Positions 49,557 to 58,258 of a DNA stretch of 64,000 nt are shown piece by piece. The position numbers and the translations under genes are program-made. A model generated the notes under the pieces. The model was not told the origin of the DNA and did not search any database. It saw only the letters and a list, made by a program, of their open reading frames with translations. Within the stretch, counting starts at the first letter, position 1. Every line of letters starts with the position of its first letter. Source of the DNA: Gemmatimonadaceae bacterium (GTDB lineage: Bacteria > Gemmatimonadota > Gemmatimonadetes > Gemmatimonadales > Gemmatimonadaceae); NCBI GenBank assembly GCA_050733435.1, contig JBOHTB010000013.1, positions 3,168 through 67,167 of the forward strand, read 5' to 3'.

Positions 49557-50174
49557 ATGGCGTACGTAACACCCCTTCACCGGCCGCCCCCGACGGAGCC
49601 GCCCGCGTTGCACGCGCGGGCGATGGACAACCTCGCCTTCATTCGCGACACGATGGAGGCGGCTGGCGCATTTACCGCCGTCTCAGGCTGGGGAATGGTT
49701 GCGGTTGGCATTATCGCCACAGTCGCCGCCACAATCGCATCTGCCCGTCATTCGGTGGTTCAGTCACTGTACGTCTGGATCGCTGCCGCCGTTCTCGCGC
49801 CGATCGTGATGCTCTGGGCGATCGTTCGAAAGGCACGCAGAGCGCACATGCCGCTCCTCTCCGGGCCGGGGCGCAAGTTCGTGCTCAGTTTTTCGCCGCC
49901 GATGTTCGTTGGCGCGATTCTCACGGTCGTCCTCTATCGCGCCGGTGTCATCGAGACGATCCCGGGAATGTGGCTCTTGCTCTACGGGACGGCGGTAGTC
50001 GCGGGTGGAGCGTTTTCGGTGAAGATCGTTCCGGTGATGGGAATCTGCTTCATGGTCGCTGGCATCGTTGCCGTGATCTCTCCCACCTCGTGGAACGACT
50101 GGATCATGGCCGTCGCCTTCGGCGGACTGCACATCGCCTTCGGAATTCCCATTGCGCGGAGGCACGGTGGCTAA
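49557..50174 (+). CDS. Hypothetical integral membrane protein (about 6 TM)
   Basis: Hydrophobic segments; overlaps the following regulator gene. Confidence 0.8.
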   Translation: MAYVTPLHRPPPTEPPALHARAMDNLAFIRDTMEAAGAFTAVSGWGMVAVGIIATVAATIASARHSVVQSLYVWIAAAVLAPIVMLWAIVRKARRAHMPLLSGPGRKFVLSFSPPMFVGAILTVVLYRAGVIETIPGMWLLLYGTAVVAGGAFSVKIVPVMGICFMVAGIVAVISPTSWNDWIMAVAFGGLHIAFGIPIARRHGG

Positions 50175-50562
50175 GCACGGAGCTGCGCGCGATGACACCA
50201 GGACGAATGTGAGCGATTTGCGGACAATGCGAACCAAATCGGATGGCGCCTCGCCTTCCGCGGGCCGAGCCGACGCTTTGGACCGGCTCATTCACGAGCG
50301 CCTGCGACTGGGCATCGTGAGCGCGCTCGCCGTTAACGACTCGCTCAGCTTCAGCGATCTCAAAAAGCTGATGAAGACCACCGACGGAAACCTGAGCGTG
50401 CACGCGCGGAAGCTCGAGGAAGCCGAGTACATCTCCTGCACGAAATCGTTCGAGGGCAGGATGCCGAAGACGCAATACCGTTTGACCGCGGCTGGGCGTC
50501 GAGCGCTCGAGCGCTACCTCGATCACATGGAAGCGCTCATTCGCGCCACGCGGGAGCGCTGA
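50167..50562 (+). CDS. Winged-helix transcriptional regulator (ArsR/MarR-like)
   Basis: [13 protein letters not shown]...[18 protein letters not shown]...YRLT. Confidence 0.88.
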   Translation: MAKHGAARDDTRTNVSDLRTMRTKSDGASPSAGRADALDRLIHERLRLGIVSALAVNDSLSFSDLKKLMKTTDGNLSVHARKLEEAEYISCTKSFEGRMPKTQYRLTAAGRRALERYLDHMEALIRATRER

Positions 50563-50566
50563 ACAA

Positions 50567-51334
50567 GTGCCAGCCACCCGTCACACCGTGCAACACGCGC
50601 ATCACAGACTGCCGCAGGCGTCCAACTCACAGTCGGGAATTCACGTCGCCATCATCATGGATGGAAACGGCCGGTGGGCGAACGCACGGGGGCGGCCGCG
50701 AACTGCCGGCCACATCGCGGGCGCGCGCGTGGTCCGCAAGATCGTGGAGGCCGCGCCCGACTGCGGTGTCGGCATGCTCACGCTGTACGCGTTCTCGGCC
50801 GACAACTGGTCGCGCCCTTCGCGAGAGGTCGCGCTCCTGATGCGGCTCTTCCGGCGCTACCTCGTGGCCGAGACGGATCGATGTGTCACGAACGACGTTC
50901 GGATGAGGATCATCGGCCGGCGCGATCGAATCCCCGGTGAGTTGCTCCGCGCGATCATCGCCGCCGAGGACGCCACCAGGCACTGCAAGAGGCTCGACCT
51001 GCGGATCGCAGTCGATTATTCGGCGCGCGACGCCATGGTCCGCGCCGCGCAGCTCCTACACGGCGTCGATCGCGTGACACGCGACGATTTGTACCGTGCG
51101 ATGTGCGAGGTCGATCACTGGACGGGCGAGCGTCGGGATGTGGACCTGCTGATCCGGACGGGCGGCGAACAGCGCCTCAGTGATTTCCTTCTCTGGGAGT
51201 GCGCGTACGCGGAGCTGTACTTCACCGATCGTCGCTGGCCTGATTTCACGCCCGCGGATCTGGAACATGCCGTGGGCGAGTTTCACACCCGCGAAAGAAG
51301 GTTCGGGGCGGTGCCAGAGGCGGCGGCCGGGTAA
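50567..51334 (+). CDS. uppS: Undecaprenyl/polyprenyl diphosphate synthase
   Basis: [43 protein letters not shown]. Confidence 0.95.
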   Translation: MPATRHTVQHAHHRLPQASNSQSGIHVAIIMDGNGRWANARGRPRTAGHIAGARVVRKIVEAAPDCGVGMLTLYAFSADNWSRPSREVALLMRLFRRYLVAETDRCVTNDVRMRIIGRRDRIPGELLRAIIAAEDATRHCKRLDLRIAVDYSARDAMVRAAQLLHGVDRVTRDDLYRAMCEVDHWTGERRDVDLLIRTGGEQRLSDFLLWECAYAELYFTDRRWPDFTPADLEHAVGEFHTRERRFGAVPEAAAG

Positions 51335-51340
51335 CACTGC

Positions 51341-51980
51341 GCGCGGCTTAGAGATTGTTTCGCGTCGCTGGCATTCTCAATACTGAAGCAGGGAGCGGCA
51401 AGCTTTGCAGCCGTAGCCTTTGGCTTTCATAGTCGCATTCTCTTCGCTTCGGCTGGGCACTCTGACGGGAAGTTCGTCGGATAAAGCGAATCGAGCAGAA
51501 TTGACCGGATCGATCGCGTTGGCGTTCTGGATCATTGCGCACGGGCTGGGATTTTGTTGTTTGCATTGAGAGCGCCCTCTTGGCGCTCCGGCGGAACTGC
51601 AAGGTCAACGGAACACTACACGCTGCCGACGATTCGCGGCCGGCTGACCGCTATTCGCTCACGACCCGCCTTCCATGCTTGAGAACCCTTAATCGCGCGC
51701 GTTTTAAGCGAGTAGCGCGTCGCGATCAGCCGGCAGCGTGTAGTGTTCCGTTGCATTTCCCCAAAAGTCCCGGCACGCCACAATGAACTCTCACGCCAGG
51801 CGGACCGATCCACTTGATCGGTAGAAATCCGCTTTATCCGAAGCCGACCTCGTCAGAGTGACCAGTCGAAGCGCGCACGCGAACGCCAGTATGAGAGCCA
51901 AAAGCTACGGCTGCAACGCTTTCCGCTCCCTGCTTCAGTTTTGTGGATGCCAGCTACGCGAAGCAGTCTCTAAGTCGCGC
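51341..51980 (+). repeat. About 640-nt imperfect inverted repeat (rod-like fold-back); candidate structured ncRNA or non-autonomous element
   Basis: 51341-51440 matches the reverse complement of 51881-51980 at 86/100 ungapped positions; further paired blocks include a perfect 23 bp at 51606-51628/51731-51753. Confidence 0.9.
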
Positions 51981-52113
51981 ACCAAGAGATGTCTGAGTCG
52001 CGCGCAGCTTAGCAGGTCGCGCGCATCGTGGCCTTAACGCCGCCAAGATTCGAACGTCCACCGTTCAGTCGCCCGCATCCCGCGGGCTACGCACAACCGT
52101 TGTGGAGGTTTGA

Positions 52114-52617
52114 ATGTCGATAGTTCGTACCTTGGCGCTCAGCGCCCTGATGGTCGTCGGAGTCGCGGGCGTTTCGGCGGCTCAGTCGGCGACCGCTCCG
52201 CGCGTTCGCGCAGACAGTGGTCGGCGCGCCGAAAGCTTTCGTCGTGGCCGTGAGGGATTTGCGTTTGGTCGTGATCTCAACCTGACCGACGCTCAGAAGG
52301 CCCAGATCAAGACGATTCGTCAGAAGTACCAGCCGCAGAACGAAGCGCTTCGCACCCAGGCCAAGCCCTACATGGATGCAGCTCGTGCTGCGCGCCAGAA
52401 GGGTGACACCGCAGCTTTCCGCAGCAACATGCAGAAAGCCCGGCAGGTGACGGAGGGCGGCCAGTCCTACCGCACTCAGGAAATGAATGAGATTCGCGGC
52501 ATTTTGACGCCCGCGCAGCAGGCTAAGTGGGATGCCAATCAAAAGGCAGCCGCTGCCCGTCGCGGAAAGCGCGGAGAGAAGGGCTGGGGCCACAAGAAGG
52601 CCGCAGGCAAGCAGTAA
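52114..52617 (+). CDS. Spy/CpxP-like periplasmic chaperone
   Basis: Signal peptide, two LTxxQ motifs (LTDAQ, LTPAQ), SD GGAGG. Confidence 0.85.
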   Translation: MSIVRTLALSALMVVGVAGVSAAQSATAPRVRADSGRRAESFRRGREGFAFGRDLNLTDAQKAQIKTIRQKYQPQNEALRTQAKPYMDAARAARQKGDTAAFRSNMQKARQVTEGGQSYRTQEMNEIRGILTPAQQAKWDANQKAAAARRGKRGEKGWGHKKAAGKQ

Positions 52618-52640
52618 GAATCAGCACCTCGCAGAACAAG

Positions 52641-52677
52641 AAAAGATCTCCGGCGCTACGCTCCGGAGATTTTTTTT
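52641..52677 (+). terminator. Intrinsic terminator
   Basis: ATCTCCGG/CCGGAGAT stem followed by a T-tract. Confidence 0.85.
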
Positions 52678-52824
52678 GCGCCGGCGCCAGACTACCCGCC
52701 GCCACGGTCAAAAACTAAGTTTGCGGAGGCAGGCCGAGAAAGCGCTGACGAAGCGGCTCGCTTCCTGGTGGACCAGCATCGTCGGCCAGCACACCCACGC
52801 TAGCAGCGCGAGGTACCCTGATTC

Positions 52825-53631
52825 ATGGCAACCGAAGTAGTTCAGCTCACCCGTCGGGGCTTCGGCGAGACCAAGCGCCGAGATGCCTGGTGGGCGCAGC
52901 CGGTCGTGGTCTTCGTGGTGCTGACCAGCTTCGTCGTCTACGCGACGTGGGCGGCATTCCAGAACAAATTCTACAGCTACGGCAACTATCTCTCGCCGTT
53001 CTATTCGCCGCTGTTATTCTCTGACTCGCCGCACGCCTGGATTCACGGTGCTCGCCCATCATGGATCCCGTCGTTTCTGCCGTTTTCGCCGGCGCTGTTG
53101 ATCCTGCCCTTTCCGGCGGGATTCCGACTCACCTGCTATTACTACCGGGGCGCGTACTACAAAGGCTTCTGGGCCGATCCTCCCAACTGTACAGTCGGTG
53201 AACCAAGAGACAGTTATCGCGGCGAGCGATATCTGCCTCTCGTGCTGCAGAACATCCATCGCTACTTCCTCTACTTCGCCCTGATTTTTCTGGTCATACT
53301 CGCCCACGACGCATATCGCGCGATGTGGTTCTTCAACCCGGGCACCGGGCTGGAGCAATTCAGTATCGGACTCGGCACCATCGTCCTCACCGTCAACGTC
53401 ATTCTTCTCGGCGGCTACACGCTTGGCTGCCACTCTCTCAGGCACCTCGTCGGCGGATACATCGACCAGCTGTCACGAGCGCCTGTCAGAAAGAAAACGT
53501 ACGACTGCGTGAGCTGTCTCAACCGCGGCCACATGCGTTGGGCGTGGCTCAGCCTCTTCTGGGTTGCGTTCTCCGATATTTACGTCCGCCTCCTCGCGAT
53601 GGGCATTTGGCACGACGTGAGGTTTTTCTAG
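52825..53631 (+). CDS. Succinate dehydrogenase single membrane anchor, mycobacterial Sdh1-like
   Basis: YLSPFYSP, FRLTCYYYRGAYY, NIHRY, GCHSLRH, GHMRWAW; directly upstream of the flavoprotein gene. Confidence 0.8.
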   Translation: MATEVVQLTRRGFGETKRRDAWWAQPVVVFVVLTSFVVYATWAAFQNKFYSYGNYLSPFYSPLLFSDSPHAWIHGARPSWIPSFLPFSPALLILPFPAGFRLTCYYYRGAYYKGFWADPPNCTVGEPRDSYRGERYLPLVLQNIHRYFLYFALIFLVILAHDAYRAMWFFNPGTGLEQFSIGLGTIVLTVNVILLGGYTLGCHSLRHLVGGYIDQLSRAPVRKKTYDCVSCLNRGHMRWAWLSLFWVAFSDIYVRLLAMGIWHDVRFF

Positions 53632-55446
53632 ATGTCCGAATACCAGAAACACGAGCACGACGTACTCGTGATTGGCGCAGGCGGAGCCGGGCTCCGCGCC
53701 GCGATTGAAGCGGCGCGGCCGGGTGCGTCGGTCGGGCTCGTTTGCAAATCCCTCCTCGGTAAAGCTCATACAGTCATGGCGGAGGGCGGAGTAGCTGCTT
53801 CGCTCGCGAACGTCGATGATCGTGACAACTGGAAAGTGCATTTCGCCGACACGATGCGTGGCGGCCAGTATCTCAACAACTGGCGCATGGCAGAGCTGCA
53901 CGCGAAGGAAGCGCCGGATCGCGTGCGGGAGCTGGAGGCGTGGGGCGCGGTTTTCGATCGTACGCCGGATGGCCGGATCCTCCAGCGAAACTTCGGCGGC
54001 CACAAGTATCCGCGACTGGCCCACGTCGGCGACCGCACTGGTCTCGAGATGATTCGCACACTCCAGGACTACGCCATCTACCAACCCATCGAAGTCCACA
54101 TGGAGTGCACGATCGTCTCATTGCTCAAAGACGGAAATCGTGTGACTGGAGCAGTGGGCTACGATCGCGAGCGCGGTCGTTTCAAGCTGTTCGGCGCGAA
54201 AGCCATTGTGCTTGCGACGGGCGGGATCGGAAGAGCGTTCAGCGTCACGAGCAACAGCTGGGAGTACACCGGCGACGGCCACGCGCTCGCGTACAACGCC
54301 GGCGCCGCGCTGCAGGATATGGAATTCGTGCAATTCCATCCCACCGGAATGGTATGGCCGCCCAGTGTGCGGGGAATTCTCGTGACCGAGGGAGTGCGTG
54401 GCGAAGGAGGAATACTCGTCAACAAAGATGGTCGCCGGTTCATGTTCGACGATGTTCCGGAGAACTACCGCAGCCAGACCGCCGACAACGAAGAAGAGGG
54501 CTGGCGCTACACGCAGGGCGACAAAAACGCGCGCAGGCCTCCCGAGCTGCTCACCCGCGATCACGTTGCGCGCGCTATCATCAAAGAGGTGCGCGAAGGC
54601 CGCGGCAGCCCGCATGGCGGAGTATTCCTGGACATCTCGTGGATCAAATCGAAGCTGTCCAACTCCGAAGAGCACATCAAGAAAAAGCTTCCAAGCATGT
54701 ATCACCAGTTCAAGCAGCTCGCCGACATCGACATCACCGCGGAGCCGATGGAGGTCGGACCGACGACGCACTACGTGATGGGCGGAATACGCGTCGACGG
54801 CGATACGCAGATGTCGACGGTTCCGGGGCTGTTCGCCGCGGGCGAATGCGGCGCCGGATTGCACGGAGCCAATCGACTCGGCGGGAATTCGTTGTCTGAC
54901 CTGCTCGTATTCGGCAAACGCGCCGGTCAATACGCCGCTGAATTCGCGGGACGCCAATCTTCAACACGTGTCGATACTCAGCAAGCCGATACGATCACGA
55001 ACGCGACTCTGGAGCCGTTCAATCGCGGTTCCGGAGGCGAGAATCCGTTTCAGGTTCAGCACGATCTGCAGACGATGATGCAGGACCTCGTCGGAATCGT
55101 GCGGCGCGAAGCCGAGATGCGGCGCGCGCTCGACGCGCTCAAGATCCTGCGCGACCGGGCTGCAAAGGTTTCCGTCGCTGGAAATCGGGAGTACAATCCA
55201 GGCTGGCACACAGCGCTCGATCTCCGGAATCTGCTCACCGTTTCCGAGATCATTGCTCGCGCGGCTCTCGAGCGGAGGGAAAGCCGCGGTGGCCACTTCC
55301 GTGATGATTTCCCCGAGAAGGATCCCGTGTATGGCAAATTCAACATCGTCATTCGCAAGGCGCCGGGCGGAGAAATGCAGGTAACGCGCGAGCCGATTCC
55401 CGAGCTGCGGACGGATCTGAAGCAGATCATCGAGGAGAACAAGTAA
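53632..55446 (+). CDS. sdhA: Succinate dehydrogenase/fumarate reductase flavoprotein
   Basis: GAGGAG, AHTVMAEGG, QFHPT, HGANRLGGNSL, ESRGGH. Confidence 0.95.
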   Translation: MSEYQKHEHDVLVIGAGGAGLRAAIEAARPGASVGLVCKSLLGKAHTVMAEGGVAASLANVDDRDNWKVHFADTMRGGQYLNNWRMAELHAKEAPDRVRELEAWGAVFDRTPDGRILQRNFGGHKYPRLAHVGDRTGLEMIRTLQDYAIYQPIEVHMECTIVSLLKDGNRVTGAVGYDRERGRFKLFGAKAIVLATGGIGRAFSVTSNSWEYTGDGHALAYNAGAALQDMEFVQFHPTGMVWPPSVRGILVTEGVRGEGGILVNKDGRRFMFDDVPENYRSQTADNEEEGWRYTQGDKNARRPPELLTRDHVARAIIKEVREGRGSPHGGVFLDISWIKSKLSNSEEHIKKKLPSMYHQFKQLADIDITAEPMEVGPTTHYVMGGIRVDGDTQMSTVPGLFAAGECGAGLHGANRLGGNSLSDLLVFGKRAGQYAAEFAGRQSSTRVDTQQADTITNATLEPFNRGSGGENPFQVQHDLQTMMQDLVGIVRREAEMRRALDALKILRDRAAKVSVAGNREYNPGWHTALDLRNLLTVSEIIARAALERRESRGGHFRDDFPEKDPVYGKFNIVIRKAPGGEMQVTREPIPELRTDLKQIIEENK

Positions 55447-56321
55447 TGGCTCCTGCCCAGGCTTCAACGAGAGATGTTGCGGCGAGCGGACAGCGGGCCG
55501 CGGCGCGATCGAACACGAGCGCTGGCACCGCCGCGAGAACGGCAACTTTCCGCGTCTGGCGAGGCACAGCCGGTTCCGGACAGTTCCAGGATTACTCGAC
55601 CAGCGTCTCCGAGGGGATGGTTGTCCTCGACGCCATCCACCACATTCAGTCAGAATCCGCCAGCGACCTTGCGGTGCGGTGGAACTGCAAGGCGGGGAAG
55701 TGCGGCTCGTGTTCCGCGGAGATCAACGGCATGCCGCGCCTCATGTGCATGACGCGATTGAGTGAGCTCGATCTTTCCAGGCCGGTCACCGTAGAGCCAA
55801 TGCGCGCGTTTCCGCTGCTCAAGGATCTGGTGACCGATGTCTCCTCGAATTTCCGGGCGAAGAAACGCATGCGGCGTTTCACTCCTCGCCCGCCCGATGC
55901 GCCGGACGGAACGTGGCGCATGCAGCAATCCGATGCCGATCGCGTCCAGGAATTTCGCAAATGCATCGAGTGCTTTCTCTGCCAGGACGTCTGTCATGTC
56001 CTTCGCGATCACCATCTGCACGAGCAATTCGTCGGGCCGCGCCTCCTGGTGCATGCTGCGCAACTGGAGATGCATCCCCTCGATGTCCTCGACCGTACCG
56101 GCGATCTCAAGGAAAACCATGGCATTGGCTACTGTAACATCACCAAATGCTGCACCAAGGTTTGCCCCGAGCACATCACCATCACCGACAACGCAATCAT
56201 TCCGCTCAAGGAGCGCGTCGCTGACAAGTTCTACGACCCGCTTGGGAAACTCGTTCGACTCGTTCGGGGTAGGAGGACCGGAAGCGCGGAACGAAACACC
56301 AATGCGGACATGACGCGATGA
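55446..56321 (+). CDS. sdhB: Succinate dehydrogenase iron-sulfur subunit
   Basis: CKAGKCGSC, CIECFLCQDVC, CNITKCCTKVCP. Confidence 0.95.
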   Translation: MAPAQASTRDVAASGQRAAARSNTSAGTAARTATFRVWRGTAGSGQFQDYSTSVSEGMVVLDAIHHIQSESASDLAVRWNCKAGKCGSCSAEINGMPRLMCMTRLSELDLSRPVTVEPMRAFPLLKDLVTDVSSNFRAKKRMRRFTPRPPDAPDGTWRMQQSDADRVQEFRKCIECFLCQDVCHVLRDHHLHEQFVGPRLLVHAAQLEMHPLDVLDRTGDLKENHGIGYCNITKCCTKVCPEHITITDNAIIPLKERVADKFYDPLGKLVRLVRGRRTGSAERNTNADMTR

Positions 56322-56830
56322 GGGAAGAATTCAAGCTCAAGCCGATCTCGAAAGAGGCGATACCACGCGCCATTCAGAAAGCGGAGCGGTACCGACTCAT
56401 CAACCAGTCCTGGGCGGCGGAAAGCATTTGCCGCGACATCCTGGAGATCGATCCTGAGAATCAGCAGGTGCTGGTGATGCTGGTCCTCGCTCTGACGGAT
56501 CAGCTCGCCGAGGGGCACGGTCACGCGATGAACACCGTGAAAGAGACACTGCCCAGAATAACCGACGACTACAAGCGTGCGTACTACACTGGAATAACGC
56601 TCGAGAGAAGCGGCCAGGCCCTGCTGCATCGCGGTGGAATGGGAAGCGACGCGATGGCGTACGAAGCGTTTCGCGATGCGATGAGCTGGTACGAGAGCGC
56701 GGAAGCGATACGTCCGCCGGGTAATGACGACGCGATTCTTCGCTGGAATACGTGCGTTCGTCTGATCAATGGCAACAGCCACCTCGCCCCGCAAACCGAA
56801 ACAGCGTACGAACCTGCACTGGAAGATTGA
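56318..56830 (+). CDS. Hypothetical TPR-like protein coupled to sdhB
   Basis: ATGA overlap; helical ILEIDPENQ and YESAEAIRP turns. Confidence 0.75.
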   Translation: MREEFKLKPISKEAIPRAIQKAERYRLINQSWAAESICRDILEIDPENQQVLVMLVLALTDQLAEGHGHAMNTVKETLPRITDDYKRAYYTGITLERSGQALLHRGGMGSDAMAYEAFRDAMSWYESAEAIRPPGNDDAILRWNTCVRLINGNSHLAPQTETAYEPALED

Positions 56831-58245
56831 TGGGACTGAATAGCACAACGACCGCGGCGATAGCCGCACTGTTCCTTTCACTGCCCCTCGGCGCGCAACA
56901 AAAGACCGCGCCGCCTCCGAAGCCGACGCCCAGCGACGCCGGCAAGGCGCAAATTCGGGGCGTGGTTCTGGATAGCCTCAACGGCGGATTTCTCACGGGC
57001 GCGGATGTCATCATACAGGGCGCTAAGAGAACTCTCGTCACTGACTCGCTTGGCAGGTTCTCGATCGACAGTCTCACCCCGGGCACGTTCCAGGTCGGTG
57101 TCTTTCATCCGTTGCTCGACACTCTCGGACTCTCGCTGGCAACGCAGCCGTTTCACGTCGGACCGGACAGCTCCAGCTTCATCTTTCTATCCATTCCCTC
57201 GGCGTCGACGATCATTCACCGGGCGTGTCCTCCGCGCCCGCGGCCGCAGGGAACGTCCGCAGTCATCGGCCGCGTTACCGATCCTGACAACCTCCAGCCT
57301 GTCGCAGGCGCTGAGGTTTCGATTGCGTGGACCCAGCTCGAGGTCTCGAAGGAAGCCGGAGTGCGCCATAGTCCGCGCGTCCTGTTCGACTCGACCGATG
57401 CGAACGGCGCTTATCGTCTATGCGGACTTCCGAACGACATGAAGGCGACGCTTCAGGCGAAGCGCGGCAAATCCGTGACTGCTGAAATTCCCATTCAGCT
57501 CGGCGATCGAGACACGGAGCTGTTCTCGCGCATTCTATTGCTGTCGAAGGCGGACTCGGGCGCAAAGGCAGGCAACGCGGTGGTTTCCGGTCGAGTGGTT
57601 CTGGAGGGAAGTCCGACGAACGCAGGAAGCCGGGTCGAGGTCGTGGGAACCGATCAGGTGGCGCTAACGAATGAGAGGGGCGAATTCACGATGACGAAGC
57701 TGCCGTCGGGCAGCCACGTGCTGCTCGCGCGGCACCTCGGTTTCGGCGCGCAGACGGTCGCCGTCGATCTCAGCACGCAGGCTCCGCAGAAGGTGACGAT
57801 CAAGCTGCCGAAATTCGTCGCGGAGATCGCGCCCGTGATCGTCAACGCGAAACGGCAGGGGAGCCTCGACAAGGTTGGATTCACGCAGCGCCAGAAATCC
57901 GGTATGGGCTACTACATAGGGCCGGAGCAGCTTGCTAACACTCATCCGACCTATCTCACCGATGTACTGCGCCGCGTGCCGAGCCTGCGCGTCACCAGCA
58001 CGCAAAGCGGAGACGTCGTCTCGAGTAACAGGAATCCGACAGGCGGCGGCTGCGTTCAATACTTCGTCGACGACATGCCGTGGCAGTCCGCGACGCCCGG
58101 CGACATCAACCAGTTCGTGAACGCAGGGGATGTTGTCGCCGTGGAGGTGTACCAGGGCTCGAACACCCCTGGCCAATACATCACCGGAATGAACGATTGC
58201 ACCACGATCGTTCTCTGGACGCGCTTCAAGATCCGCGACAAGTAA
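56830..58245 (+). CDS. Secreted protein with carboxypeptidase-regulatory-like beta-sandwich repeats and a C-terminal TonB-plug-like domain
   Basis: Signal peptide; repeated GxV...TDxxGxF/Y; YFVDD...VVAVEVY...IVLWT. Confidence 0.72.
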   Translation: MGLNSTTTAAIAALFLSLPLGAQQKTAPPPKPTPSDAGKAQIRGVVLDSLNGGFLTGADVIIQGAKRTLVTDSLGRFSIDSLTPGTFQVGVFHPLLDTLGLSLATQPFHVGPDSSSFIFLSIPSASTIIHRACPPRPRPQGTSAVIGRVTDPDNLQPVAGAEVSIAWTQLEVSKEAGVRHSPRVLFDSTDANGAYRLCGLPNDMKATLQAKRGKSVTAEIPIQLGDRDTELFSRILLLSKADSGAKAGNAVVSGRVVLEGSPTNAGSRVEVVGTDQVALTNERGEFTMTKLPSGSHVLLARHLGFGAQTVAVDLSTQAPQKVTIKLPKFVAEIAPVIVNAKRQGSLDKVGFTQRQKSGMGYYIGPEQLANTHPTYLTDVLRRVPSLRVTSTQSGDVVSSNRNPTGGGCVQYFVDDMPWQSATPGDINQFVNAGDVVAVEVYQGSNTPGQYITGMNDCTTIVLWTRFKIRDK

Positions 58246-58258
58246 CCGTCGCGCGGTG

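Noticed and set aside
51348..51813. Short ORFs inside the fold-back; retron or IS interpretation
   Set aside because: The ORFs lack motifs and an RBS, and no reverse transcriptase or transposase is in the window.
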